From an uncultured Candidatus Saccharibacteria bacterium (GTDB lineage: Bacteria > Patescibacteriota > Minisyncoccia > Phycocordibacterales > UBA5272): 28,419 nt of DNA. A model generated the notes under the pieces. The model worked only from the letters and a program-made list of their open reading frames with translations, did not search any database and had not been told where the DNA came from. The stretch lies in the NCBI GenBank assembly GCA_964648875.1, contig CAZYMY010000001.1, positions 8,302 to 36,720 on the forward strand, written 5' to 3'. Shown in pieces: positions 17,353 through 26,726 of the stretch (positions within the stretch are counted from its first letter, which is position 1; each line of letters begins with the position of its first letter). The translations under genes and the position numbers were made by a program.

Positions 17353-18036
17353 ATGTCTTTACCTAAAATTTCAGATTTTGGACAGCCTGCAAAAAATTTT
17401 GTAAGAATAATCTTTTTGATTGTAATAATAACTATTTTTTATAGTATTTTTGATTTGGGAAAAGATTTTTTAGTTAAAAATGATTTTATAGCACAAAATA
17501 ATATAAAAGAAAAAGAAGCTTTTTTAAATGAATTAAAATTTGATTTTAAAATAGTGAAAGTGATAGATGGTGATACTTTAGAAATAAAAAGATTAGATGG
17601 TGAAAAAATAGAAGGTGTAAATGATACATTAAAAGTGAGATTGATAGGAATAGATACTCCAGAGACAGTAGATCCTAGAAGACCTGTAGAATGTTTTGGT
17701 AAAGAGGCTAGTAATTATATGAAAGATTTAGCCTATGGAAAAGTCGCAGCCATTGATTTTGACCCCGCGCAAGCAAAATTTGATAAATATGGTAGATTAC
17801 TTGCTTATGTTTTTGTAAAAAATTCTGGCACACCTCCAGATAATATTATTTTTATAAATGAAGAAATGATAAAAAATGGATATGCATATGAATATACTTA
17901 TAATAGTATCCCTTATAAATATATGGAGCCATTTAAATTTTTTGAAAATGAAGCAAGAGCAAATTATATAGGATTGTGGTCTACAAACTCTTGCAATGGC
18001 CTAAAAACCCCCGTAGCGACACCTCCAAAAAAATAG
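17353..18036 (+). CDS. Membrane-anchored thermonuclease (SNase-like)
   Basis: VIDGDTL, VRLIGIDTPE, DKYGRLLAYV, NEEMIKNGYA, AR...GLW. Confidence 0.93.
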   Translation: MSLPKISDFGQPAKNFVRIIFLIVIITIFYSIFDLGKDFLVKNDFIAQNNIKEKEAFLNELKFDFKIVKVIDGDTLEIKRLDGEKIEGVNDTLKVRLIGIDTPETVDPRRPVECFGKEASNYMKDLAYGKVAAIDFDPAQAKFDKYGRLLAYVFVKNSGTPPDNIIFINEEMIKNGYAYEYTYNSIPYKYMEPFKFFENEARANYIGLWSTNSCNGLKTPVATPPKK

Positions 18037-18045
18037 TGTTATAAT
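18037..18045 (+). promoter_or_regulatory. Extended -10 promoter, probably leaderless
   Basis: TGtTATAAT ends 7 nt before the ATG at 18053. Confidence 0.55.
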
Positions 18046-18052
18046 CTAATAT

Positions 18053-18742
18053 ATGAAAAATTTCTTTTCTATGATGTGGAAAATTGGTATAAGAGTATTG
18101 CTTGTATTATTTATTATTTGGCTTATATATTTTATTATAAATTTTATTTCACCAAAAACTTTTGATTTTCTTAGAAATAAAAAACCTGTAAATACGACAG
18201 AAAATTTTACACAAGAGCAAAATATACCATTTCGATATAGAATATATAATATGTTTTTTAAATCTAGAAGTCTTCCTCCGGAGCCTATAGAAGCAAAAAA
18301 TTCTTCTAGTACAAATGATGGACCTAGAATAATAGGAAATAATATAAGAGATAAAAATAAATTGAGAGAAGATGATTTATATATTTATCCAAATAGTAGA
18401 AAAAATAATGTAGCTAAAAATTTTAGATTTGATGATATTTTAATAAAAGAGACAGGCAAAAATGTATTAAAAGATAATACAAAAATAACAGGACAAATAA
18501 CAAGAGAATATCTCTCATCTTTATATTTTATGATAGATATTTATGATAAAGATGGAAATTTCTTATATTCTTTTCCAGCAAATGGAAGTTTTAATACTAA
18601 AGATGATAGGATATTTGATTTTTCAGCTATAAATAAAAATATTTATAATTATTATGATTATAAAGGGGATGGATTTATGGTGATATGGTCAGACAATCCT
18701 GTCGTAGAAAGTGTTTTGATAATAAATATTATTTTAGAATAA
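18053..18742 (+). CDS. Hypothetical protein with N-terminal TM anchor
   Basis: 229 aa: one TM helix followed by a soluble beta-rich domain. Confidence 0.78.
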   Translation: MKNFFSMMWKIGIRVLLVLFIIWLIYFIINFISPKTFDFLRNKKPVNTTENFTQEQNIPFRYRIYNMFFKSRSLPPEPIEAKNSSSTNDGPRIIGNNIRDKNKLREDDLYIYPNSRKNNVAKNFRFDDILIKETGKNVLKDNTKITGQITREYLSSLYFMIDIYDKDGNFLYSFPANGSFNTKDDRIFDFSAINKNIYNYYDYKGDGFMVIWSDNPVVESVLIINIILE

Positions 18743-18761
18743 TATTTATTATTTTCAACAA

Positions 18762-19229
18762 TTAATCAATATCTAAAATATCTAATTGCTCATTTATTTC
18801 TTTCAATCTATTTTTAAGAAGCTCTAATTCATCAGATATTTTTCCCATTTCAATACCTATTTGTAAACTTTGTGGTGCAGAATTCAATCTTTCAAATTCT
18901 TCATTTAAGTTAGAATAACTATTTTCTTTATCTGTAATTTTTTTATCCAACTCTTCTTTTTTAAGTTTTAAATCTGAAATAATTTCTAATTTTTCTTTTT
19001 CATTTTTTAATTTCTCTATTTCTGAATCTATATCTTTACCAGTTTTAATAAAGTATAAAGCTTCTTTAGATAAAGATTCTAAATCTAATTTTCCAGAATT
19101 ATGTTCATTTATCTCATCTTTTATACTTAAAAGCTCTTGATAAGAGAATTCTCTCACCAATTCTTTCTCTTCATGTTTTATTGTTGTATTTTTTGGTCCA
19201 TTAGTTAAGTCAAAATTAATTCCAGGCAT
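18762..19229 (-). CDS. Hypothetical coiled-coil protein
   Basis: 155 aa, E/K/L-rich heptads; directly downstream of yqeY. Confidence 0.72.
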   Translation of the reverse strand: MPGINFDLTNGPKNTTIKHEEKELVREFSYQELLSIKDEINEHNSGKLDLESLSKEALYFIKTGKDIDSEIEKLKNEKEKLEIISDLKLKKEELDKKITDKENSYSNLNEEFERLNSAPQSLQIGIEMGKISDELELLKNRLKEINEQLDILDID

Positions 19230-19247
19230 ATATTTAAATATAAGATT

Positions 19248-19709
19248 TTATTTTAAGAGTTCATCTATAACTTCTTTTACCATAGAGCCATCTGCTGTAT
19301 CTCCAAGCTCTTTCATCATCATACCTATAAATTGACCTTTTTTTGCGGGGTCTATAGTTTCATTACTTAATTTTTCAGAAACTCTTTTTATTATTTCATC
19401 TCGAGACATTGCTGTTGGTAAAAATTCTTCTATTACTTTTGCTTCAAACATTTCTCCTTCTGCTAGCTCAGGTCGTCCAGCATTTGTATATTGCTCTATA
19501 GAATCTTTTCTCTTTTTTAATTCTCTTTTTAATATTTTTACCACTTCTTCATCTGTTAGGGGAGTGTCAGATGCTTTTCCAGAAGCAATTCTAGCTTCAG
19601 ATACCATTTCATTTGTAAATGCAGCAGACATCATACGAAGTAATCCAAGTCTTTCCATGTTTTTCTCCATCATTGCTTTTTTAAGTTCAGCTTTTATTTG
19701 TTCTTGCAT
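19248..19709 (-). CDS. GatB/YqeY domain protein
   Basis: LKKAMMEKN...LRMMSAA...RELKKRKDSIEQYTNAGRPELAEGE...EEFLP. Confidence 0.92.
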   Translation of the reverse strand: MQEQIKAELKKAMMEKNMERLGLLRMMSAAFTNEMVSEARIASGKASDTPLTDEEVVKILKRELKKRKDSIEQYTNAGRPELAEGEMFEAKVIEEFLPTAMSRDEIIKRVSEKLSNETIDPAKKGQFIGMMMKELGDTADGSMVKEVIDELLK

Positions 19710-19792
19710 AGATTTATTTTTTTATTTCAATTTTTAATGATTATTTATAAATTATATCATAAAATATACAAAGAATCATCTTAGATTTTTTA

Positions 19793-19801
19793 TGTTATAA
19801 T
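19793..19801 (+). promoter_or_regulatory. Extended -10 promoter of rmuC, near-leaderless
   Basis: TGtTATAAT ends 8 nt before the ATG at 19810. Confidence 0.55.
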
Positions 19802-19809
19802 CTCTAAAT

Positions 19810-20931
19810 ATGGATACATTTTCTATGATTTTAATAGGGATAATGCTAGTTATTTTAATTATTTTGATAATTGTCATACTTATTTTTAATAAAAAATTAA
19901 ATACTGAAAAAAGTGGAGAAGATATGATTATTCTCGCTGAGACTTTAAAAAATTTAAAAGATGATATAAAGACAGATATTCGTGAGACTAGACGCGAGCT
20001 CGATAATAAGATTTATACAGGGCAAAAAGATATGAATGAAAATGTTAAGTATCAATTTGAAGCCTCACAAAAATTAATAAATGATATTCATGAACATCTC
20101 GGAAAAGTAAATGAGAGCGTGATAGAAGTAAAAGAAGGTAGCAAGCAAGTAGTCTCTATGACAGAACAGCTTAGTAATCTTGAAAAAGTTCTCACAAATC
20201 AAAAGCAAAGAGGAAATTGGGGAGAAAGTTCTTTAGAGCTTATACTTTCAAATTTTTTACCAAATGGAGTTTATCAAATGCAATATCTTTATAAATCAGG
20301 AGAGCTGGTAGATGCTGTGATTTTTATAAAAGATAAAATACTTCCAATAGATTCAAAATTTTCAATAGATAATTATAGGAGATGTGTAGATGCTGATAAT
20401 GAAGAAGATAAAAAGTTTTTTGCAGAAGAATTTCAAAAAGATATAAAAAAGAGAATAGAAGAAACAAAAAAATATATAGATGAAATAAAAGAAAATACTC
20501 TTCCTTTTGCTTTTATGTTTATACCAAGCGAGGCAATATATTATGATCTAAATGCTGGAGACAATGGAAATCTTAAAATAAATACTCAAAAACTTTTAAA
20601 TTATGCTCAAGAAAAAAAAGTAATAGTAGTTTCTCCTACTTCTATTCTTGCATATTTGCATCTTGTCATCTCTGGTATCAAAGATAGTCAAATAGAAAAA
20701 AATGCTATTGAAATAAAAAAGAAAGTAGAAGAGCTTGGAAAACATATACAAAAATATGAAGAATATATGCAAAAGCTTGGAAACTCTTTAAATACTACAG
20801 TGAATCATTATAATGCTAGTTATAAAGAATTGAAAAAAATAGATAAAGATGTTTATAAAATCACAGACGGCGCAAATGATATGGCTGTAGAGCCAATATT
20901 ACTTGATAAAGTAAATATGGATGAGGAATAG
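19810..20931 (+). CDS. rmuC: DNA recombination protein RmuC
   Basis: N-terminal TM, coiled coil, RGNWGE..LE, IDSKF, FAFMFIPSEAIY, VSPTSILAYL. Confidence 0.93.
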   Translation: MDTFSMILIGIMLVILIILIIVILIFNKKLNTEKSGEDMIILAETLKNLKDDIKTDIRETRRELDNKIYTGQKDMNENVKYQFEASQKLINDIHEHLGKVNESVIEVKEGSKQVVSMTEQLSNLEKVLTNQKQRGNWGESSLELILSNFLPNGVYQMQYLYKSGELVDAVIFIKDKILPIDSKFSIDNYRRCVDADNEEDKKFFAEEFQKDIKKRIEETKKYIDEIKENTLPFAFMFIPSEAIYYDLNAGDNGNLKINTQKLLNYAQEKKVIVVSPTSILAYLHLVISGIKDSQIEKNAIEIKKKVEELGKHIQKYEEYMQKLGNSLNTTVNHYNASYKELKKIDKDVYKITDGANDMAVEPILLDKVNMDEE

Positions 20932-20980
20932 ATATGAATTTAAAATTTTAAAATTTAATTAAAAAATTAAAAAATAAAAG

Positions 20981-22447
20981 ATGAATAAAGGGATTAATTA
21001 TAAATACTATTTTGAAAATAAAAAAATAACCAAACAAGGATTTGGTGTTTTAGGAAGAGGATTAGGGGTTGTAAAATTTTTACTAAAAAATGGTGCTGAT
21101 TTATTGATTACAGATAATAAAGAAGAATCTTTTTTTATAGATCAAATAAATGAACTTAAAAAGTGGATGCAAAATAATGATATTGATGAACAAAGAATAA
21201 AATTTGTATTTGGAAAACATAGAGAAGAAGATTTTATAAATTGTGATTATATAGTGCAGGCAAGTGGTGTGGCAAAAGATAATATTTATTTAAAAAAAGC
21301 AAGAGAAAATAATATCCCTGTTTATCAGGAAAGTTCTTTATTTTTAAAAATAATAATGGATTTTAATAAGAATTTACAAGAAGAAAATAAAATAAAAATT
21401 ATTACCATTACTGGTACAAGAGGAAAGACTACAACGACTTATCTTATTTATAATATATTAAAAGATTATTTTGAGAAAAAATTAAAACATAGAAAAATAT
21501 ATTTAGGTGGAAATGTGCAAGGAATTTCTACTATAGAACTTTTAGAAAAAATAAAAGAAAAAGATATTGTAGTCATGGAGACAGATTCTTGGCTAGCGCA
21601 AGGATTTGAATATATAGAATTTGCTCCCGATATTGCTGTGTTTACAAATCTTATGAGAGATCATATGAATTATTATAAAGATGATATGAGTGATTATTTT
21701 TCTGATAAAGCAAAAACTTTTTTATATCAAAATGAAAATAATATAATTATTGCAGAAGAAGGTTTAAGAGATTATTTAGATAAATATTTAAAATTAGAAT
21801 TTAAAGATAAATATAATAATTTAAAATCTAAAAAGATATTTATAAATAAAGAAGATATTGAAAAAGATAAAGAAATTTTTGAAAGCGAATTAAAAGGAGA
21901 ACATAATAGATTAAATATTTCTTTAGCTATAATGGTGGCAAAAGAATTAAATATAAGTATAGAAAATATAAAAGAAAGTATAAAAAGTTTTAAAGAAGTT
22001 GCTGGAAGACTGGAATTTGTAAAAGAAATAAACAAAGTCAAATATTATAATGATACAACTGCTACTACAGGTGAAGCGGTGATAGCTGCAATAAATGCTT
22101 TTGAAAAAGATAATAATCAAATTATTTTGATAACAGGAGGTAGAGATAAAGATCTAGAAATAGAAAATTATGTAAATAAAATAATTTTAGAAAAAGAAAA
22201 TAAAAAAATAAAAAAGATTATTTTTTTAAATGATGAAACTACCACAGGCACGGCAAAGGTTTTAGAGAAAATGAAAGAAAAAGATTTTGAAGATTTTATT
22301 TTGTGTAAAAATCTAAAAGACGCAGTATCGATGGCAAAAGAAAATGCAAAAGAAAATGATATTATACTTTTTTCTCCAGGATTTGCTAGTTTTGGTATGT
22401 TTTTAAATGAATATGATAGAGGAGAAAAGTTTTTGAAATATATATAG
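20981..22447 (+). CDS. murD: UDP-N-acetylmuramoyl-L-alanine--D-glutamate ligase
   Basis: GFGVLGRG, ITGTRGKTTTT, FTNLMRDHMNYY, GRLEFV...YYNDTTAT, LFSPGFASFGMF.NEYDRGE. Confidence 0.9.
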   Translation: MNKGINYKYYFENKKITKQGFGVLGRGLGVVKFLLKNGADLLITDNKEESFFIDQINELKKWMQNNDIDEQRIKFVFGKHREEDFINCDYIVQASGVAKDNIYLKKARENNIPVYQESSLFLKIIMDFNKNLQEENKIKIITITGTRGKTTTTYLIYNILKDYFEKKLKHRKIYLGGNVQGISTIELLEKIKEKDIVVMETDSWLAQGFEYIEFAPDIAVFTNLMRDHMNYYKDDMSDYFSDKAKTFLYQNENNIIIAEEGLRDYLDKYLKLEFKDKYNNLKSKKIFINKEDIEKDKEIFESELKGEHNRLNISLAIMVAKELNISIENIKESIKSFKEVAGRLEFVKEINKVKYYNDTTATTGEAVIAAINAFEKDNNQIILITGGRDKDLEIENYVNKIILEKENKKIKKIIFLNDETTTGTAKVLEKMKEKDFEDFILCKNLKDAVSMAKENAKENDIILFSPGFASFGMFLNEYDRGEKFLKYI

Positions 22448-22462
22448 TTTTTTTGATTTTAT

Positions 22463-22491
22463 TTGCAAAAAAGTCTATTTTGTGATAATAT
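22463..22491 (+). promoter_or_regulatory. sigma70 promoter of rplU
   Basis: TTGCAA-17-TAATAT with TG extension. Confidence 0.5.
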
Positions 22492-22535
22492 TAATTCATT
22501 AAAAATACTAAAATTTATTAAAAATATTGAAATAT

Positions 22536-22853
22536 ATGACTAATTTTGCAGTTATTCAAACAGGGGGTAAACAATACAAAGTAGAAGCAGGGACTAAATT
22601 AAAGATTGAAAAGATAATTGGTGAATATAAAGTCGGAGATAAATTATCTTTTGAAAATGTTTTACTCACTGTAAATGGAGAAGATGTAAAAGTCGGAGAG
22701 CCTTTTGTGTCAGGAAAAAAAGTAGAAGCAGAGATAATTGATATTGCAAAACACAAGACTGTGGAAGTAGTAAAATATATGCCAAAGTCTCGCTATTTTA
22801 AAAAGAATGGTCATAGACAACCATATTTCGAAATAAAAGTATTATCTGTTTAA
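22536..22853 (+). CDS. rplU: 50S ribosomal protein L21
   Basis: FAVIQTGGKQYKV, KKNGHRQPY. ATG 22536 is preferred over TTG 22527. Confidence 0.96.
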   Translation: MTNFAVIQTGGKQYKVEAGTKLKIEKIIGEYKVGDKLSFENVLLTVNGEDVKVGEPFVSGKKVEAEIIDIAKHKTVEVVKYMPKSRYFKKNGHRQPYFEIKVLSV

Positions 22854-22867
22854 TATTTAAAATATAT

Positions 22868-22907
22868 TAAAATAAAAACTCTCAAATATTTGAGAGTTTT
22901 TATTTTA
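22868..22907. terminator. Perfect 40-bp palindrome, bidirectional terminator
   Basis: TAAAATAAAAACTCTCAAAT|ATTTGAGAGTTTTTATTTTA between convergent rplU and recR; it includes the recR stop codon. Confidence 0.82.
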
Positions 22908-23576
22908 TCCTCTATGATCAAATGCTTCTTTAAAAGTATTTTTATCTACATATTCTATATCTAGTCCGGTAGAAAGCCCTCTAGCCAAAGTAGACATTTT
23001 TACTTTTTCTATACCTACAATTTGAGATAAAGTCTTTTTGAGATAATTTATTGTGTTTTCTCCTTCATCTGTCGCTGGCATTGCAAATATAATTTCAGAT
23101 ATTTTTCCTTGCTCCGCTGAAGCATTTTGCGAAAGCGAGTTTTCTTCTTTTGTATCATTTTGTAAATTTGTATGAATCAAGTTTACAAGTTCTCTTATAT
23201 TTATTATTTCACTTGGTTTTTCTGTGAGAAAGGGAAGTATATTTCCAAGTATAAAATATTTTCCATTATAAAATCCTGTTTTTTCTATTGCGTCTATATC
23301 AAGTTCTTTAACTACTATCATCAATTCTTTTTCATCTCTATTTTTATTATCACAAATATTACATAATTTGTTTTCTCTATTTTGTGATTTGCTAAATAGT
23401 GAAAGACATCTTTCACATATAGAAGAAGAGTCTTTTAAAAGCTCTATGTTTTTTATAAGTTCAGATTTATATTCACTTTTTTGACGAAGTAAAAAATATA
23501 CAAATCTAGCAGCTTGCTTTGGACCAATTCCAGGAAATTTTAAAAATAATTCTTGAAGTTTTTCTGTAGGGTTCAT
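22905..23576 (-). CDS. recR: Recombination mediator RecR
   Basis: FPGIGPKQAARF HhH, C4 Zn finger (CERC...CNIC), TOPRIM-like EIIFAMPATDEGE, STLARGL...EYVD. Confidence 0.96.
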   Translation of the reverse strand: MNPTEKLQELFLKFPGIGPKQAARFVYFLLRQKSEYKSELIKNIELLKDSSSICERCLSLFSKSQNRENKLCNICDNKNRDEKELMIVVKELDIDAIEKTGFYNGKYFILGNILPFLTEKPSEIINIRELVNLIHTNLQNDTKEENSLSQNASAEQGKISEIIFAMPATDEGENTINYLKKTLSQIVGIEKVKMSTLARGLSTGLDIEYVDKNTFKEAFDHRG

Positions 23577-23624
23577 AAAATATTACTAGTAAATAATACT
23601 ATATTTTTAAGGTTTTTATAAGCC

Positions 23625-23652
23625 TTGACAAGTTGTGTATATATGATATACT
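23625..23652 (+). promoter_or_regulatory. sigma70 promoter
   Basis: TTGACA-16-TATACT with TG extension. Confidence 0.65.
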
Positions 23653-23684
23653 ATTATTAGTTTAAATCTTTAAAATATAAAGTC

Positions 23685-24110
23685 ATGATTGAATTTTTGA
23701 AAGACATTTTAATTAGATCTTTTTTAGAAGGACCATTAGGGATTGTATGTGGCTTATTAGCCTGGATTCTTTTATTGTTTTTGTTAACATTAATTGTTTT
23801 TGGAGTATTATATTTATTAGATTACTCTTTTAGACCAGTGATAGAAGGTTTAGGAATGGTAATCTCAAAAACATTCATTCCAGAACACAATGAAACCACT
23901 TGGGTATATAATCTTACATTAAAATGTAGCACTCCACAGACAACACATTATCCCGATGAATGGAAACTACAAATCAAAGTATACGATTCAGAAGGCGATA
24001 TATCAGTTTCAGAAAATATATATAAGAGAGTAAAAAATGGTGATAGTTTAAAAGTAAAATACTCTTATGGTAGAATTTTTGGAACTTTGTATATTAAAGA
24101 AGTACTTTGA
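23685..24110 (+). CDS. Membrane-anchored hypothetical protein with beta-rich (possibly OB-like) domain
   Basis: 141 aa: N-terminal hydrophobic helix, then G.VISK...YKRVKNGDSLKVKYSYGR. Confidence 0.78.
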   Translation: MIEFLKDILIRSFLEGPLGIVCGLLAWILLLFLLTLIVFGVLYLLDYSFRPVIEGLGMVISKTFIPEHNETTWVYNLTLKCSTPQTTHYPDEWKLQIKVYDSEGDISVSENIYKRVKNGDSLKVKYSYGRIFGTLYIKEVL

Positions 24111-24112
24111 GC

Positions 24113-24170
24113 AGAAAGTTGTGATTTTTTATATGTGTAAAAGCATATAGAGATCACAACTTTTTTATTT
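24113..24170 (+). terminator. Long hairpin terminator
   Basis: AAAGTTGTGAT...ATATG-loop-CATAT...ATCACAACTTT, a stem of about 22 bp with G-U pairs and one bulge, then a T-tract. Confidence 0.72.
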
Positions 24171-24197
24171 TATAAATTAAGAATCAGTATCTAAATT

Positions 24198-24256
24198 TTA
24201 AAAATCATCGGGGATGTCTATTTTTGGCATTTCAAAATCACCAAATTCATTTTTTT
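24198..24256 (-). repeat. Displaced copy of the dnaB 3' end (att-like direct repeat, copy 1)
   Basis: 56/59 identical to 25111..25169; still reads KNEFGDFEMPKIDIPDDF*. Confidence 0.92.
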
Positions 24257-24285
24257 AAATAACAAAAAATTAGATAATTTTATAC

Positions 24286-24314
24286 TTGACAATATCTTTT
24301 TTATAGTTTAGTAT
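24286..24314 (+). promoter_or_regulatory. sigma70 promoter of the cassette gene
   Basis: TTGACA-17-TAGTAT. Confidence 0.6.
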
Positions 24315-24362
24315 ATATTCAGATTTTAATTAAATTTCAAAACAAAAAATAAATTTTATAAA

Positions 24363-25061
24363 ATGAAAAAGTTCGTTGTAATAATGATTTTATTGAGTAT
24401 CATCTCAATTAGTCAAGAGCCTAAAGCTCAACAGAGACCTGGTAGCTATTTTGCTACAGAAAATGGTGTATTTCAAAGAGAAGACACTGTAAACATAGTA
24501 GTCTTTGAGACTACTCCCGAGGCTGCAAAGTATCAGTTAGAAATAATGAGACTGATCAAAGAAGATCTTGATACTGTGAGAGTTGATTTTGAAGAAGTGA
24601 AGGCTTTAGAGTGGAAATCTTTTACAAGAGTAATTTTGCAAAAGAAAAGTAATGGAATTATTTTTTTAAATAAAGATAGAGTTATAGATTATGCTCCAGT
24701 AGTAAAAATAGATTTAAAAACGAAAGATAATTATTTTTTTATTTTTCTTTTAATATCTATTTCTCTATTGATAATCAGCTTTTTTTTATTTAAATTAGTA
24801 AAGAAAAAAATATTTATATCATTTATCCTTCTACTTTTTTCTTTTTGCACCTTTTTTATTCTCGGTGTAGCTAGTGTGACAGCTGCCATAGCAGTTATTT
24901 CTGCTTTTACAGCATCTTTTACTATTGTATTTTATCTACTTGCAATGAGTACATTATTATATATATCCTTAAATAAGGGTAATAATGATACTGTGGTTTT
25001 GATTTTCATTTCTATAATCTTGGCAGCATTCTCATTTGTCTCTGGATTATTTTTCTTTTAG
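24363..25061 (+). CDS. Hypothetical membrane protein (signal peptide, soluble domain, about 4 C-terminal TM helices)
   Basis: 232 aa; the only gene between the dnaB-end repeats. Confidence 0.8.
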   Translation: MKKFVVIMILLSIISISQEPKAQQRPGSYFATENGVFQREDTVNIVVFETTPEAAKYQLEIMRLIKEDLDTVRVDFEEVKALEWKSFTRVILQKKSNGIIFLNKDRVIDYAPVVKIDLKTKDNYFFIFLLISISLLIISFFLFKLVKKKIFISFILLLFSFCTFFILGVASVTAAIAVISAFTASFTIVFYLLAMSTLLYISLNKGNNDTVVLIFISIILAAFSFVSGLFFF

Positions 25062-25082
25062 AAGAAAAATAATTAATTTATA

Positions 25083-25110
25083 GCCTCTACGAAAGTAGGG
25101 GTTTCTTTTT
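25083..25110 (+). terminator. Intrinsic terminator
   Basis: GCCTCTAC-gaaa-GTAGGGGT, then TTCTTTTT abutting the dnaB stop. Confidence 0.75.
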
Positions 25111-25169
25111 TTAAAAATCATCTGGTATGTCAATTTTTGGCATTTCAAAATCACCAAATTCATTTTTTT
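25111..25169 (-). repeat. dnaB 3' end (direct repeat, copy 2)
   Basis: Partner of 24198..24256 at a 913-bp offset. Confidence 0.92.
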
Positions 25170-26607
25170 CAATAGATAGAAATGATGTCTTTTTATTATC
25201 AAAGTAAAGCTCTACAAGACCTGTAGGACCATTTCTATGTTTTTCTATTAATATTTCTACAATATTTTTTCTTTCACTTTTTTCATCATGTTTCTCTTTA
25301 TCATCTCTATGTATAAACATCACAATGTCAGCATCTTGCTCTATAGATCCTGAGTCACGAAGATCTGATAGGCGAGGCCTGCCTCCACGAGCTTCTACAG
25401 CACGAGAAAGCTGGGAAAGCGCTATCACAGGTACATCAAATTCTTTTGCCAATCCTTTGAGTGATCTAGATATTTCAGTCACTTGATTTACCATATTTTC
25501 ATATACTCTTGATGTGCCCATTAATTGCAAATAGTCTACTACTACAAGACCAACTGGTTTATCATGATTTAATTTTCGAAGCACACTTCTCATATTCATC
25601 ACAGTATTTGCAGGTTTATCATCAATAAAAATAGGCGCTTGCATGAGTTTATGCATACCTTCTTGAAGTCTTTCTATTTCTTCTTCCATATTTAATTTTC
25701 CAGTACGAAGTTTCCATCCATCTACTTGTGCTTCTGCAGATAGCATTCTATCTACTAGCTGTTGTTTACTCATTTCAAGAGAAAATACTACTGTTGGTAT
25801 ATTTAATTTTACTCCTGCATGACGCGCTATATCAAGAGCAAAAGATGTTTTACCTACAGATGGACGAGCAGCGAGTATTATGAGGTCAGACTTTTGAAAT
25901 CCAGAAAGTTTATTATCAAGATCTTTGAATCCACTAGACACACCTCTCACTTCATTTTGATTTTCAGCTAAATGTATAAAGCGAGAAATTGTCTCATCTC
26001 CCATATCTTTCATAGATACTACTTCACTTTTATTATTTTCATTTGAAGTTATTTCAAAAATCTTTTTTTCAGCTTGCTCTAAAATATTTTCAAGTTCTTC
26101 TTCTTCTCTAAAAGCTATTTCTCCAATATGACTACCAGCTATTATGAGTTTTCTTAAAGTAGATTTTTTCTTTACTATTTCAGCATAATAAATAATATTC
26201 GCAGCAGATCCCACAAGTCCAAGTAAAGAAGAAAGATAATCTGTACCACCAATTTGTTCTAAATCTTTTTTTGCACGCAATTTTGCAGATACAGTCAAAA
26301 GATCTACAGGCTCCTTTCTATTTATAAGTTCTACAATAGTATCAAAAATAATTTTATGTTTTTCAGAATAAAAATCATTTCTGTTTATTATATGTGCTAT
26401 TTCAAAAAAAGAATCTGGTACTAATAGTAGTGAACCAAGCAATGCTTTTTCTGTTTCAAGATCTTGTGGGGGAATGCGAAGTGAAGAAAGCTCATCAAAA
26501 GGTGAGGGGATATTTTTATTTTGAAAATTATTTTTAGAAAAATCATTTCTGTTTTTCTTTCTAGTACTCTGTTCTTCTTGTTTAGCAAAATCTTGTGATG
26601 TTAACAT
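25111..26607 (-). CDS. dnaB: Replicative DNA helicase
   Basis: PPQDLETEKALLGS, Walker A ARPSVGKT, VVVDYLQL, SQLSRAVE, LRDSGSIEQDAD, KHRNGPTG; no intein. Confidence 0.98.
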   Translation of the reverse strand: MLTSQDFAKQEEQSTRKKNRNDFSKNNFQNKNIPSPFDELSSLRIPPQDLETEKALLGSLLLVPDSFFEIAHIINRNDFYSEKHKIIFDTIVELINRKEPVDLLTVSAKLRAKKDLEQIGGTDYLSSLLGLVGSAANIIYYAEIVKKKSTLRKLIIAGSHIGEIAFREEEELENILEQAEKKIFEITSNENNKSEVVSMKDMGDETISRFIHLAENQNEVRGVSSGFKDLDNKLSGFQKSDLIILAARPSVGKTSFALDIARHAGVKLNIPTVVFSLEMSKQQLVDRMLSAEAQVDGWKLRTGKLNMEEEIERLQEGMHKLMQAPIFIDDKPANTVMNMRSVLRKLNHDKPVGLVVVDYLQLMGTSRVYENMVNQVTEISRSLKGLAKEFDVPVIALSQLSRAVEARGGRPRLSDLRDSGSIEQDADIVMFIHRDDKEKHDEKSERKNIVEILIEKHRNGPTGLVELYFDNKKTSFLSIEKNEFGDFEMPKIDIPDDF

Positions 26608-26707
26608 ATTTTTAAAAATAAATTATACCTCTTTTGTAATAGTATTAATCATAACAAAGTTGATGCTATTGATACTAATGGCTTTATATGTTAAATACTG
26701 TGATTTA

Positions 26708-26716
26708 TGTGGATAA
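26708..26716 (-). promoter_or_regulatory. Perfect DnaA box upstream of dnaB
   Basis: TGTGGATAA, 100 bp upstream of the dnaB start. A dnaB extended -10 (TGtTATGAT, minus strand) lies at 26648-26656. Confidence 0.5.
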
Positions 26717-26726
26717 ATAAATCATC

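Noticed and set aside
24108-24143. UGA recoding (genetic code 25) as in Gracilibacteria/Absconditabacteria
   Set aside because: All conserved genes are intact under code 11 and use GGN for Gly. The TGA at 24108 is followed directly by a terminator.
25111-26607. Intein in DnaB
   Set aside because: The 498-aa length and contiguous helicase motifs leave no room for one.
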